DNA of 64,000 nucleotides from an uncultured virus (IMG/VR IMGVR_UViG_3300020197_000012) (lineage: Duplodnaviria > Heunggongvirae > Uroviricota > Caudoviricetes): the IMG/VR virus record IMGVR_UViG_3300020197_000012, one strand, 5' to 3'. Below the pieces are notes generated by a model. It was not told the DNA's origin. It saw nothing but the letters and a program-made list of their open reading frames with translations, and made no database searches. The position numbers and the translations under genes are program-made. Shown here piece by piece: positions 36,871-48,400 of the stretch (the stretch's first letter is position 1; each line of letters begins with the position of its first letter).

Positions 36871-37287
36871 TTATTTTTCCTCTTTATTATTTAGAATTCC
36901 TTGCTTTATAAGTTTAGATAGTTCAGCTGTAGATCCAACAAACAAAGAGTTATTTACTGTAGTTGCACCAGAATACTTAGAATCAAGATCTTTCATTTTC
37001 TTTTGAAGATCTATTAGTTTATCAGTCACATCAGCAACGTTTTTAATTAATTGACCAGCAACTTCATAAGCTCTTGGATGATCTGTACTATTAGCAACGT
37101 CTAATGCATCATTAACTGCTTGTTGTCCTTTTTCAATTAGAGAATATAATTGACCTCTTGTATATTCATAATCTTTAACAGTGTCTTGCGATGAACTTTT
37201 TTCTGGTACAATATCAGAAACTATTTCAGTTTTTGTAATTGAAGTTTCTACATTTAAAACTTCTCCTAAGGTATCAAAAGTATCCAT
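36871..37287 (-). CDS. gp16: Terminase small subunit (T4 gp16)
   Basis: DYEYTRGQLYSLIEKG, HPRAYEVAGQLIK, NNSLFVGSTAEL. Confidence 0.95.
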   Translation of the reverse strand: MDTFDTLGEVLNVETSITKTEIVSDIVPEKSSSQDTVKDYEYTRGQLYSLIEKGQQAVNDALDVANSTDHPRAYEVAGQLIKNVADVTDKLIDLQKKMKDLDSKYSGATTVNNSLFVGSTAELSKLIKQGILNNKEEK

Positions 37288-37294
37288 GACTACC

Positions 37295-38149
37295 TCACAA
37301 CTCTAAATCAACACCCTGGGATGGGCTATAAGTTTTAAAGTCTGTAAAATCTTCTAAGCCTTCATTGAATCCAAAATCATCTCCAGGAATAATTAAAGGG
37401 TCATCGCCAGCATTGATTAGCCCATCATCATTATAATCTTGTAATGCTTTTGGTGTTGCTGTATATCTAATTTCACGCTTGGCATTTTGCCTATCAACAC
37501 TTGTAAAATAATCAACTTGAACTTTCTTAATTAAGCCATCACTACTTTCAGCAATTGGGCCAAAGAGGTGGGTCTTCATGGTAAAATTAAAAGTATGAAT
37601 GATAATTCTGGTAGCATCAAAATTACTTTTATCGTAATTATCAGTCCAACTAATACCATCTAAGACTACTGGAGTATCTTTATTTTCTCCAATTGAGTCA
37701 ATCAAATCAATCGTAACATTAAATGCTGGTTGAAAGAACGGTAAAATTTGTTCCATAACTTGAAGTGCATCATCATTTAGTTTTGTCATCAAAAATAATT
37801 GCATCTTTAAATTGTAAGGTACAGGCATATAAACTTTTCTGACCTTACTAGTATCATCTACTGCTTTAAATGATTGTGTTATACTTGATTTTCTTGATGA
37901 ATCATATTCAATGCCAGTAAACTCAAATGACATTCTAGGTAAAGTTAAATTACCTTTCTTTGTCAAATCTGGTTGTTGTTGAATTCTTGCAAGAAATTTT
38001 TGAATTGGTGCATATGCAAGAGGAACTTTTAGCATGGAAGCCTGAGCCCCATTTTCATCCTTGTGACGAATTTCAATATTATTGAAAAGAGTTCCAAACG
38101 CAATAATATTACGTCTTATAATTTCGTGATAAAAGTAAGTTCCTAACAT
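37295..38149 (-). CDS. gp15: Tail sheath stabilizer / terminator (T4 gp15)
   Basis: YFYHEIIR...FGTLFNNI, VPLAYAPIQKF, LPRMSFE, EQILPFFQP. Confidence 0.95.
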   Translation of the reverse strand: MLGTYFYHEIIRRNIIAFGTLFNNIEIRHKDENGAQASMLKVPLAYAPIQKFLARIQQQPDLTKKGNLTLPRMSFEFTGIEYDSSRKSSITQSFKAVDDTSKVRKVYMPVPYNLKMQLFLMTKLNDDALQVMEQILPFFQPAFNVTIDLIDSIGENKDTPVVLDGISWTDNYDKSNFDATRIIIHTFNFTMKTHLFGPIAESSDGLIKKVQVDYFTSVDRQNAKREIRYTATPKALQDYNDDGLINAGDDPLIIPGDDFGFNEGLEDFTDFKTYSPSQGVDLEL

Positions 38150-39549
38150 TAGTAATTACCAAATGGATTTGATTCTGAGAAATCTAATATATCTAGTGCT
38201 GCCTCTTCAATTTCCTCATTCTGTTTATATTGATCAGACTCGCCATAGTAATTTATACTAGAAAGTTTATAACTTCCTGTAACTCCGATTCCTGGATTAG
38301 TAATTGTAGTTGCACTACCAACAATATACTCACCAATTTTAAATCTTCCGCTTGCTCTGTATACTTTTAATTCACCAGTATCATAATTCCATTCTTTAAC
38401 AACTGCCGTAGTGCCAGACACTGATCCTGTAACAGTTTCATTAAGTGCATAATTTCCTGTAGATATACCAGGGGCTTCAAATATTATCGTTGGAGCCACC
38501 GTATAACCACTTCCAGCGTTAGTTACATAAACTGCGGCAACTGTTCCACCAAACCCAATAACTGCCTCTGCAGTCGCTGTAGTGCCTGCTCCAGGAGGTA
38601 TTGAAATGCTTATGATAGGTGGAGACGAATAGAATGATCCATATGTGGTCAATCCAATAATTCCAATTGCACCAGAAGAAATTCCAGCTGTTGCAATAGC
38701 ACCAGCACCACCTCCACCAATAAAGCTTACTGTAGGTGCCGTAGTATATCCTCCCCCAGGATTGACTAGTACAACACGATCAACGGCATACTTACCTGGA
38801 GATCCAGGATATGAAGTCATGATTGCAACAGCAGTTGCGTTTTTGCCTCCAACAGGTGCAGAAGAAATTGCAACAGTTGGGGCTGCTGTATAGTTGTTAC
38901 CATCATTAACAAGATATATCTTACTTACAACACCATTTGCAATACTAGTTGCAGCTCCAGCAGTTGAACCATTACCAACTAAAGATAGTAATGTATTATA
39001 ACCAAAGTTTACAAAATTATCATCAATATTTTCTATATCAGTATCAATTAACTCATTCTCAAACATGAATGGCTCACAACTTAATTCATACGTGTAAAGT
39101 TTGTTTAATTGATAAAAATCAACTTCATGCTCAACAAATTTAATTTCATAAATTGTATCATTGAGCGGAAAATATATTAAATCACCTTCTTTTGGACGTG
39201 CAGCTAAAACATAGTCATCAATATTATCTTCCATAATTGGAGCTATAAAATCTTCAAATTTTTCTCTAGAAATAATAAGTTTTAAAGTATCAGTAACTTG
39301 AATTCCAAATTTTCCAAGAACATCTCCTCCGCCACCAAATCCAGTATAATTGTTTAGATATGCTTCTATCAAAAAATTATCAGTAAATTTATTGAGAACA
39401 TTCTCTTTAATAACCGTGTGTGTTCTAATAAATTCTCTTGGCAAATAATAAACATCAATTCCATACATCCTCAACTGCTCGTTGATAATATCTTGAACGA
39501 GTCGTTGTTCTGCAAAATTGCCGTGCGTAAAGAATTGATTGGTTGCCAT
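38149..39549 (-). CDS. gp14: Neck protein (T4 gp14) with C-terminal repeat insertion
   Basis: EQLRMYGIDVYYLPRE, RPKEGDLIYFP, C-terminal DFSESNPFG. Confidence 0.93.
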   Translation of the reverse strand: MATNQFFTHGNFAEQRLVQDIINEQLRMYGIDVYYLPREFIRTHTVIKENVLNKFTDNFLIEAYLNNYTGFGGGGDVLGKFGIQVTDTLKLIISREKFEDFIAPIMEDNIDDYVLAARPKEGDLIYFPLNDTIYEIKFVEHEVDFYQLNKLYTYELSCEPFMFENELIDTDIENIDDNFVNFGYNTLLSLVGNGSTAGAATSIANGVVSKIYLVNDGNNYTAAPTVAISSAPVGGKNATAVAIMTSYPGSPGKYAVDRVVLVNPGGGYTTAPTVSFIGGGGAGAIATAGISSGAIGIIGLTTYGSFYSSPPIISISIPPGAGTTATAEAVIGFGGTVAAVYVTNAGSGYTVAPTIIFEAPGISTGNYALNETVTGSVSGTTAVVKEWNYDTGELKVYRASGRFKIGEYIVGSATTITNPGIGVTGSYKLSSINYYGESDQYKQNEEIEEAALDILDFSESNPFGNY

Positions 39550-39550
39550 A

Positions 39551-40354
39551 TTATCCTATCATGTCTAAAGGGGGTAATTCGTATTCCGAACTCATTCTAG
39601 TTTTAATATCAGCAATCTCATTAATAGCATCTTCATAAAGCTGTCTACCATTTAATTCAACTCCACCAGGAAGTTTGACACCATTAAATTTAATGAGATT
39701 TTGTCCCCATTGTTTTTTAATTGTTGCGGTAAGATATTGCTTTAGCCAAGAATCATTCCAAATTTTTGGAAAGTCTGCAGGATCTAAAATTCTATAACAA
39801 TCAATGATAACATAACTGTTTACTGGAACACTTGACCAGTTCATATCAATGTAAAGTCTATTCTGTCTCTTAGTATATCTTATCTTCTTTTGAGGACTAA
39901 CCAACCATTGAATAGTTTCTAGATATTCTTTAACCATTGCATAATTTAATAGTTCAATGGATGTAAAGTTATAAACATCATTTAAGAAAATTTGATATGC
40001 AATATTGAACATTCCACTAGAAAATGTGCTATCATCAAATCTAAAAATACCCTCAATACCAATAATACTATCAGGTATTTCGATGTAGTTTTTAGATTCT
40101 AGATAATTAAATGTTGTTACTCCGACAGTTTTACTGGTAGTTTCGTTAGCCTTTGCTCTATTAATATCTTCCTGAGTAATTTTGTACTTTAAGTACATCT
40201 TTTCGACGCCATCAAAATGACGTTCGTTGAAGTATTGTAAGGCATCATCGACAAGATCATCTATTTGATCGTCATCGACATTAATTTCTAACACTGGATA
40301 TCCCAATCTTCTTAAAGAATAATCAATAAGTTCTTGTCTACTTGAGGGCTTCAT
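39551..40354 (-). CDS. gp13: Neck protein (T4 gp13)
   Basis: LRRLGYPVLEINVDDDQ, ERHFDG, KKQWGQNLIKF, LPGGVELNG. Confidence 0.95.
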   Translation of the reverse strand: MKPSSRQELIDYSLRRLGYPVLEINVDDDQIDDLVDDALQYFNERHFDGVEKMYLKYKITQEDINRAKANETTSKTVGVTTFNYLESKNYIEIPDSIIGIEGIFRFDDSTFSSGMFNIAYQIFLNDVYNFTSIELLNYAMVKEYLETIQWLVSPQKKIRYTKRQNRLYIDMNWSSVPVNSYVIIDCYRILDPADFPKIWNDSWLKQYLTATIKKQWGQNLIKFNGVKLPGGVELNGRQLYEDAINEIADIKTRMSSEYELPPLDMIG

Positions 40355-40527
40355 TGGTTTTTACCGTTTAATTCTTGTTGTAATTCATTCTTAATTTCAA
40401 CAAGGTCATGATATTCTTTTAATAATGTTTGATACTTTGCTTCTAAAAATGCGTTATCTTTATGAAGAATGGCAATCTTTTGTACAAATGCATTTACCAA
40501 TAAATTAACATCAACTTCAGCTTCCAT
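40351..40527 (-). CDS. Small coiled-coil protein
   Basis: Not in the ORF track; 58 aa MEAEVDVNLLVNAFVQKIAILHKDNAFLEAKYQTLL...; coupled to both neighbours. Confidence 0.7.
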   Translation of the reverse strand: MEAEVDVNLLVNAFVQKIAILHKDNAFLEAKYQTLLKEYHDLVEIKNELQQELNGKNQ

Positions 40528-41861
40528 CAATAAGATCCTCCATCTAAGGTATCAGTCCATACAGGAACATTTGTTCCCAATTGTGTTGTAAGTATATAGT
40601 TAGATGTGCTAATACCAGTTCCAGGAGAACCAGTATTATTTAAAAAACCATCCGAATCAAAATAAGTAATTCCATATTGATCAACATCTGCTGGCTGATA
40701 GTAAATACCTTTGATATCTAGAAAACCTTTTTCACCAGTAACAACACCATTTGTAACTGTGGCGTCTGGAATATATACCCACTTTTTAGTTGAATCTGCA
40801 AAACCAAAATAACCTTTTTTATTTGCTGTTAAACCAATACCAATTGAAGAATTATTATAATTAAAAGAAATACCTCTATCAGTATTAGTATCATATGCAT
40901 GAGTTATGACCATTTCAGTGCTAGATGAAATGCCAGCAGTTGTAACTCCAGCTATTGAAATTGTTTTGTTGATTGTGTTATAATTGACAATAGTTCTATC
41001 AGCATTAGAAACTGGTAAACCATTCACATTACTAACTAAATCTCCAGTATTAATTCCAACAACTGAATCTAGTGTTATAACTGTTGAACCAATAGCCACA
41101 TTACCTTTAACTGTTCTTAAACTTGTAGGTTCTCCGAGATTAAAAATAATCTCATTGGTGTTCATTGTACTGGAGTTAACAATAGATGATTCACCATCAA
41201 CTTGTAAATTACCCTTGATGATAACTGTACCACCACCATCTAATCCACCAGGATTAGGATCAATATATAAAACATCACCATATCCAGGTTTGGTTGAGAT
41301 AATATTGGAAGAAATTCCTACTCCACCAATAACAGCTCCAGCAACAAAAGTACTCATACCAATGACCTGAGCATTACCATTAACAGTAATTCTTGTTCTT
41401 ACTGTCTGAACACCAACATCAAAAGAATCAATTTCACGGTTTTGATTTACAATTAATGCTGAGTTTGCAGTTAAAATTCCAGGTTCATGATCTAAAATAC
41501 TTACATAATACTCACCACCAACTTGTACAGTATTACCAGTGTTATCACCAATGAATAATCTTCCACCAACATTACCAGCAGTCCCTACTCCAAGATTTAC
41601 TCCAAGTTCACCATACTGTAATGATGGTGTAACTGAAGAACTTGTTGCTCTTTTAATTTTAATTTTTGGATTAATTTGCCCATCAACCTCATTAGTTACA
41701 ACCCATTTTCCAGTTGTGGAATTGTAACGTAATAGTGAATTATTGATTGCTCCACTAGTATCTAAACCATCTAATGAATTAAATGTTGTATAATTTCCTA
41801 AGCTACCTACAACCTTAATTGCACCCTGATCGGCTACTCTGACTCTGATTTGTGATGTCAT
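40527..41861 (-). CDS. Fibre-like virion structural protein
   Basis: 444 aa, Gly/Thr/Val-rich; IKIKR...LQYGELG, DRGISFNY, C-terminal LDGGSY. Confidence 0.7.
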   Translation of the reverse strand: MTSQIRVRVADQGAIKVVGSLGNYTTFNSLDGLDTSGAINNSLLRYNSTTGKWVVTNEVDGQINPKIKIKRATSSSVTPSLQYGELGVNLGVGTAGNVGGRLFIGDNTGNTVQVGGEYYVSILDHEPGILTANSALIVNQNREIDSFDVGVQTVRTRITVNGNAQVIGMSTFVAGAVIGGVGISSNIISTKPGYGDVLYIDPNPGGLDGGGTVIIKGNLQVDGESSIVNSSTMNTNEIIFNLGEPTSLRTVKGNVAIGSTVITLDSVVGINTGDLVSNVNGLPVSNADRTIVNYNTINKTISIAGVTTAGISSSTEMVITHAYDTNTDRGISFNYNNSSIGIGLTANKKGYFGFADSTKKWVYIPDATVTNGVVTGEKGFLDIKGIYYQPADVDQYGITYFDSDGFLNNTGSPGTGISTSNYILTTQLGTNVPVWTDTLDGGSY

Positions 41862-42196
41862 GACGTTGTAACTCCTGCCGTTACAGTTGCTGTACCTTCA
41901 ACAACTCTAGTCTTAACACCAGCCGCATCAGTTAGTAAAACATCATAAACATACTTTCCAGGTTTAATCGTAGATGATATCGTAGATGCTAATGATATTT
42001 TAACTTCACCCAACGTTGGATTGGGAAAAGAAACACCAAAACCAACTTTAGTTTTACTTACTGGATGTTTCTTGATGTGCGAAATACCAGTATAACCTGT
42101 CAAGTTAACGGGAGTATTATTAGTATTTTCTAACAAAAACGAATTCTGAAAATCAGCTCCTTGAGGAATAACAATGTTTACTACTCTGACTGACAT
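41858..42196 (-). CDS. Small virion structural protein (BppU N-terminal-like)
   Basis: IPQGADF, NLTGYT, GKYVYDVLLT, RVVEGTATVTAGVT; TATAAATA at 42224-42231. Confidence 0.7.
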   Translation of the reverse strand: MSVRVVNIVIPQGADFQNSFLLENTNNTPVNLTGYTGISHIKKHPVSKTKVGFGVSFPNPTLGEVKISLASTISSTIKPGKYVYDVLLTDAAGVKTRVVEGTATVTAGVTTS

Positions 42197-42223
42197 ATTC
42201 CATAACTATTAGGATCCTTTATG

Positions 42224-42231
42224 TATTTATA
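42224..42231 (-). promoter_or_regulatory. Late promoter TATAAATA
   Basis: Overlaps the stop of the 67 aa ORF. Confidence 0.75.
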
Positions 42232-42430
42232 ACTTTTGAAGAAGTTGCATCATTAAATCTTTCAATTCAGCCACATCACTCTTAAGAGTTTCAATTTCAT
42301 CACGTTCCTGCAACTTTCTATTTCTTGCATCCAAATAGTTTTGATATGCATCTCTATCAGTGTTTATAATAGCGGTTGAATTTGGATCTCTATAGAGATT
42401 CGATTCACCATCAACTCTAATTAATTCCAT
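42227..42430 (-). CDS. Small coiled-coil hypothetical protein
   Basis: RVDGESNLYRDPNSTAIIN...EIETLKSDVAELKDLM; directly after the large structural gene. Confidence 0.75.
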   Translation of the reverse strand: MELIRVDGESNLYRDPNSTAIINTDRDAYQNYLDARNRKLQERDEIETLKSDVAELKDLMMQLLQKL

Positions 42431-42431
42431 A

Positions 42432-45400
42432 CTATGCTAACGCAATTACCGAAAGATCTGCAATCAATGGTGGTTCTGCTTGATTTGTTCCAGACATAAT
42501 AATTTTAATCATAAATCCAGTGAAAGGTGACAGATTATCAACAGAGAATTTATAATCAGAAGCTGAAGTATCATTATTTTCTGAAGTTACATTCTTGTCT
42601 GGTGTGCCATCTTCGTTTCCAGCAAATCCAGGGAATAGAATATATGGTTGAGATGCATCGGGCGAATCAGGTCTAAACAACTTATACAAAGCTCTAATTT
42701 GTGCAGATTCCTGTCTTTGAGCAGCAAATCTTAAATCAAGAGAAGTTGCTGGATTTTCTAATTTAACTTTGTTGCTTACATAAACAGCAGCATGAGGATC
42801 TCCAACTGGTGCATTTATACGATTATCAGTGATGAAATCTGTAACTGGAGCATCTAATCTATTTGTAGTCAAGATCATAGCAACTCTGTCCAAGTCAATA
42901 ATAGGACTTACACTTGGGTTTTCAGTTTGTAGAATAATTTCTGTCCATAAGGATTTATTCTTTGGTAAATTTGTCAGATATGTAGTTTCATTGATTTGAG
43001 AAGCAACCATTCTTGGCTCGGTAAAGTGATTCATTTGATTTAGATTCATTTGTTGGAATCCTTGATCAATGAACGAAACCTCATTGCCAGATACACTAGT
43101 GGCTGTGATTGTTCTAACTCTACATGAAACTTTAGTTTGTGGTGGAGTTTTATGCTCAATATTTGGAGTTAGAGTTTCAAATTGAATATTTTGTGTTGCA
43201 GTTGCATCCACACCACCAACATCTGAACTCTTAGTAAATCTTAAAATTGGGAATCCATTTGCAACTGATCCATCTCGTACAACTCCGCTACCAGTTGAAG
43301 TAGTATCAATCTTTAAATAATAGTGATCAATGCCATTTTGTAGAAGTGGATTTGCCTCGGAGAAATTGTGAGTTTTATTAATTCTTCTTAGAGATACACC
43401 ATTTAATTCATATTTGTAAACTTTATCACCAATATCATGACCGCTGATGAGAGATGAATCTATACCTCTAGCAATACCAGTTAAAGTTGGTGGAGATGCT
43501 GCAGCATCAACACCAGTGTAAGAAATAATTTCACTATCAATTCTTACATAACCTGGATTTGCTGCCGATACCGCAACATTTTCAAAACTGGTAAATATTC
43601 CAACAGATGTAACTTTAATCGGAGTTGTTGCGGTAGAGCTATAATTTTCTTGAGTAACTTCTGCAGGATTTATATCAGGTTGAACATTTGAAATGATAAC
43701 TTTGTTAGATCTAGAGTGCATTGCATGTCCTCTATGATCAACTTTAAAATGCAATCCATCAACTGCAGGATCTAAAGTAACGCTGATAGGAATTGGTTTT
43801 GTACCAGAATATGAGAATGCCGCAGTTGATCCAGAACTAATATATACAACTTCATTAGATAGATCAAATTGACCTTGAACATCACTTAGTTCTAATGTAT
43901 TAAACGCTGAAACAATGCCAACATTGAATTTTGTATTCTCATTTAATTGACCAAATTGTGCTGTAACTATATCACCAACTGAGTATCCACTTCCACCATT
44001 TGTAATCGTAAATGTATCAAGATTGCCATTATTTACTGTCATAATACCAACAGCACCTGTTCCAATACCAGTAACTGATATAATGGGAACATTAGAATAA
44101 GTAAAGCTTCCTACTGAAGGTGTTAAACCAGATCCAACATTATTAGTAGTCATCGCAGCAGCATTATTGATTGCAATAGCACCCTTTGTAGAAACAAGTT
44201 TACCCGTAGCATTTAAATTATTCATCTGAGTAATTGTTACGCCAGGTGAAATTACTGCTGAAATGTTATTACCAAGTTTAATTACAGAATCTCTAGAAAT
44301 AGTTTTAATTGGATCCTTCTTTAGTGTTACAATTTGTTTGTTTCCAATATCCAGAACTGGATTATAAGTTGCAAAAACACCACCATCAGTTGAAAATTGA
44401 GCTATATTTAATTTAAATTTAAGATCTTCTAATTGACTAGGATCCCATGTTTCACCATTTTGTGACTTAAAGAATGAACCTAAGTATGGCTGTTGAGAAA
44501 CAATAATTTGCTGAGCCTCTGGTTTATTTTTAGTTGATACATCAACTTCACTCATTCTAGAAATCCATACCTGATAGTCACTGGAATCAGTTTGAAGAAC
44601 AATAGCATATTCAGTATTTGCAGTCAAAAATAGTGGTGCTGGTAGAATAAATTTCGTAGGAATGGATGCGTCTGCTGAAACTGTTATATCTTTGGGAAGT
44701 AGGGTTGCTTCTCCAAATGGTAAGATTTTTGAAGTTGGAGACCCTGCAATACACGTTCTGATTTGACAAGCAACTGGTAAAGAAGCTGAATCTTTCTTTT
44801 GGAAGTATACTTCAATCGAAGTAACAAATATTCCAGATTCTTCAGTTGGTGGAACTTTAAACGTTTGTGCAATTGGGTCGCCGTATCCACATTTCGTAGG
44901 CTTAATAGATTTGGAGAATTTGAGAGCAGCAGCCGCCTCTTTCTGCTTCTTCTTTAGTTCATTGCTGAGTACTTTGGCGTTCTTTTTGTCTTGAGCTTGT
45001 TTTTTCTTAATATCCTCTACTGCTGCTTTTGCTGCGGCAGCTGTTGCAGCAGCTGCTTGATCTAGAGCAGTTACTTTTGCAACAGTTGCATCGTAATTAC
45101 CTGCATTTAATGGGATAATTTGTCCATCTTTAGTCTTAATATAATCTACATTATTTTTATCTCTAGTTTTACTATATTCTTTAACTTCAATAATTTTTCC
45201 ATTATCTACTGTTTTAGTTTGTGGAGCAATCGGGATATTTTCATAATAAGGAATTCTTGTTGTAAGCGTGGTCTCTTGAACATTATCTTGAGTGCCAGCT
45301 GCAGTGAAGTTTGCCTCTACCTGGCTAATAACTTCTCCAGGAACGGGTTCATTATCTTCATCCGAAGTTAATTGGAATGTCTTAGTGCCCGATGTAAATT

Positions 45401-48400
45401 TAGGATTATTGTTTACATTACCATCAGGAATGTAGAACGATCCAATTAAGGTTCCAGCTTCGTCTGAAATTAATCTAAGATCTTTAATTGTTGCCTGAGC
45501 ACCACTGGTTTTCCCAATCAACTTCATTCCTTTAGTTAAATATCCACTATATTTTGAATCTTTTTGGTTATTTAAACTATCAGTATCAACGTTTAATAGT
45601 GTTGAAGTTGATGAGTAATTAGAAGGCATACCCAGCTTCAAGTCGTATGGGTTCTTTTCATAAAATTCTATTGTTCCGCCAGGTTTATCGTACTTATGTG
45701 CTGATGATTGAAGTTGAAAACGAATCTTTTTACCATTATTTCCAGAAGTCCCTTGATCACCAATATTAAAACCTTGACTTTCAACATCTTCACCAGCACT
45801 AAATGTACCAGATACCATCTCAATTTCAATTAATTTAGGGAAACAAAACTCGGTAACATTAATTTTATTAAAGAATGCATAATATTGTGTGCTTGGTTTT
45901 ACACGTTGAGCTTTGAATTCAATGTTTCTTGCTCTCATGTAAGGAATGATTTCCCGACTTACAACTCTAGAGCCTAAGTTTTGAGTTTCAGACTTTTCAT
46001 TAACTTTAAATTGTACTCCCTTTCTTTCAAATTTTGATGTACTTTGATAAGTTAATTCATATTCTTCTTCCCAAACTGCAACATTTTTAAATAAAGGTTT
46101 ACCAGTTGCCTTTGCAGATGCATCAGTGGCAGGCTTATTTACTTTTTTAGTCTTGGTTTTTCCTTTCTTATTTTTAGTAGTTTCGGTTACTTGATAGTTA
46201 GTAACTACTGAAAGTGTCTCAGCTTGTTTGCTAACTAACTTAGTGTCAACTAATTCTTTACCTGTCCAAATTTCTTCCCAAGAACCCCAATCAACTTCGG
46301 TAAGACCTGTATTAGGATTGATGCCTTTTTCGGCATTCATCGCATCATACAATGCTGAGGATGTTAAGTTTTTAGCATCAAGTTGTTTTGTATCAATCCA
46401 AGTATCAGATTCTGGAGTGAGTGATAAAGTTCCACTCCACTTTACAATACTAAATGGATTTACATTTTCAATACGAGTTGCAAATTTTTGTTCAATTAGT
46501 AGTTTTTCAGTATAATCAAGGGTGATTAAACTACCACTCTTTTTAATATTAACTCCATCATCAGTTACATTGGTTGCATAGTCAAGATCAAAGCATGTAG
46601 TATAATGCGATGGTCTCAAAATACCGTTAGTTGCATCAATACTCGCTTTGAAATCTGGATGTGCAATACTATGTGAGTCATGATTTTCAAAATTATCAAC
46701 AAAGAAACCACTCTTAAATCTATCTAATCCAGTCTTTGCATCTTTGATATTTAAATTTTTTGTATTTGATTCTAAGAAACTTAAACTGGTAACTTGTTCA
46801 ACATTAGAAAGTCTCTGCTCAAGACGTTCAATGTCTTTCATTGTGTATCTCTTATGTTGTACAGGAGATACATATACTTCCTTAGCATCATAAACATAAG
46901 CAGGCATTGAAATAACAGCAATATCCAAAGCAGGAGATGCTAAAATTGGTTTTTGAGGACTTTCTGATGGAGAGCCTTGAGAAATTTCAAAAGAACCATT
47001 TTTATTTAAGAATAGAACATCAATTCTACCTAAGTAATATGAATATCCTAGTAGTATTTGAGAGGCATTTAAAATTGGATTTGTAACACTTGCCCCTGTA
47101 GTAGAGAATACTCTTGAATTAAATTCAAATGGTGATTTTGTTGCTGTTGCTGGATCATATGTTGTTACTCTAGGTCTAATATCAATAGCATCTGTTGCTC
47201 TTAAAGATCCGTAAATATATGGAATAGAATTGGAGTATAATGCAGGATCAAAACTTGAGAATGATGTAAAGTCTCCAGTATCTCCAGCTGGTGTTGAATA
47301 ATAATCAAAAACTACTGTTACTCTTTTAGCTGGTGGTTGCTGACCTTCTTTTAAAATAATTTTTGCATAATCAACATATTCAGATCGAGAACCATTATCA
47401 AAAACATACTTATCAGAAATATCTTTTGAAAATTGATTAATAGTATTAATATTTGCACTAATATCTGAATTAATAAAATCTAAAGTTTCGCCTTTGGTAA
47501 ATACACCAGCATTAATATATGCAAATGTTAATGTTGTTGATGTTGATGAAATTAATTTAGCTTTTGCTTTTGAGGTCATGCCATTAAAAACTTGACCAGG
47601 GAGAAGAGTTGTTAGATCCCCTACAATATTATTAACTATAACTGTTGGAAGTACTGGATCATTTTCATCATATGATTCATAAATGTCTAAAACATTTAAA
47701 ACATCTCCTTGATACAGACAAATTTCTTTGTCTTGTACTCGTGTTCCATAAATTGAGCTATATGTCAATCCATCATTTAGAGTATTTCCACCAGTTCCTG
47801 AACCAATTTGAGTTGATCTATTAAAGGTTACTGTTGCTGCTTTAACAAGATTTTTCTTCTTAACTGTCAGATTAATTTTATTAAGAGTTGCAATTAATTT
47901 TGCATTAGAACTAGTATTTTTTGATAGTTGAGTAATAGTTATAGTTTTTCCGCCGTTTGATACAATAACACTACCAGCCGTTAAGGGCTCGATTATACCA
48001 TCAGTGTATGATAACTGATACTCATTAATATTAAATGGCTTGAAAAATAAATTTGGATCACTTTCTACAACAGTGAACGAAGAACTACTTACGTTAGCAA
48101 TATAAGTTTTTCTAATTTCAAGTGATGAGTTTGTTAAATCAAGTGCGCTTATATCTGTTGTTGGTAAAGATTCAAATAAATCTCTATCTTCACTATTGAC
48201 TAAATCTGGTTGAAGAACTTTTAGATCATTTACAGTTATAGCAGCCGCTGGTAAAGTTCCATCATAAACTCCTGTTACGCTACTAATGCCAACGACAGTA
48301 AACGTCTTTAAGTTTGTGGCAACAGCAGATACTTTATTGTAACTTGGATATGGATTTCCTGACTTGGTATATGAAATAATATCACCAATTTTAGGTGGAA

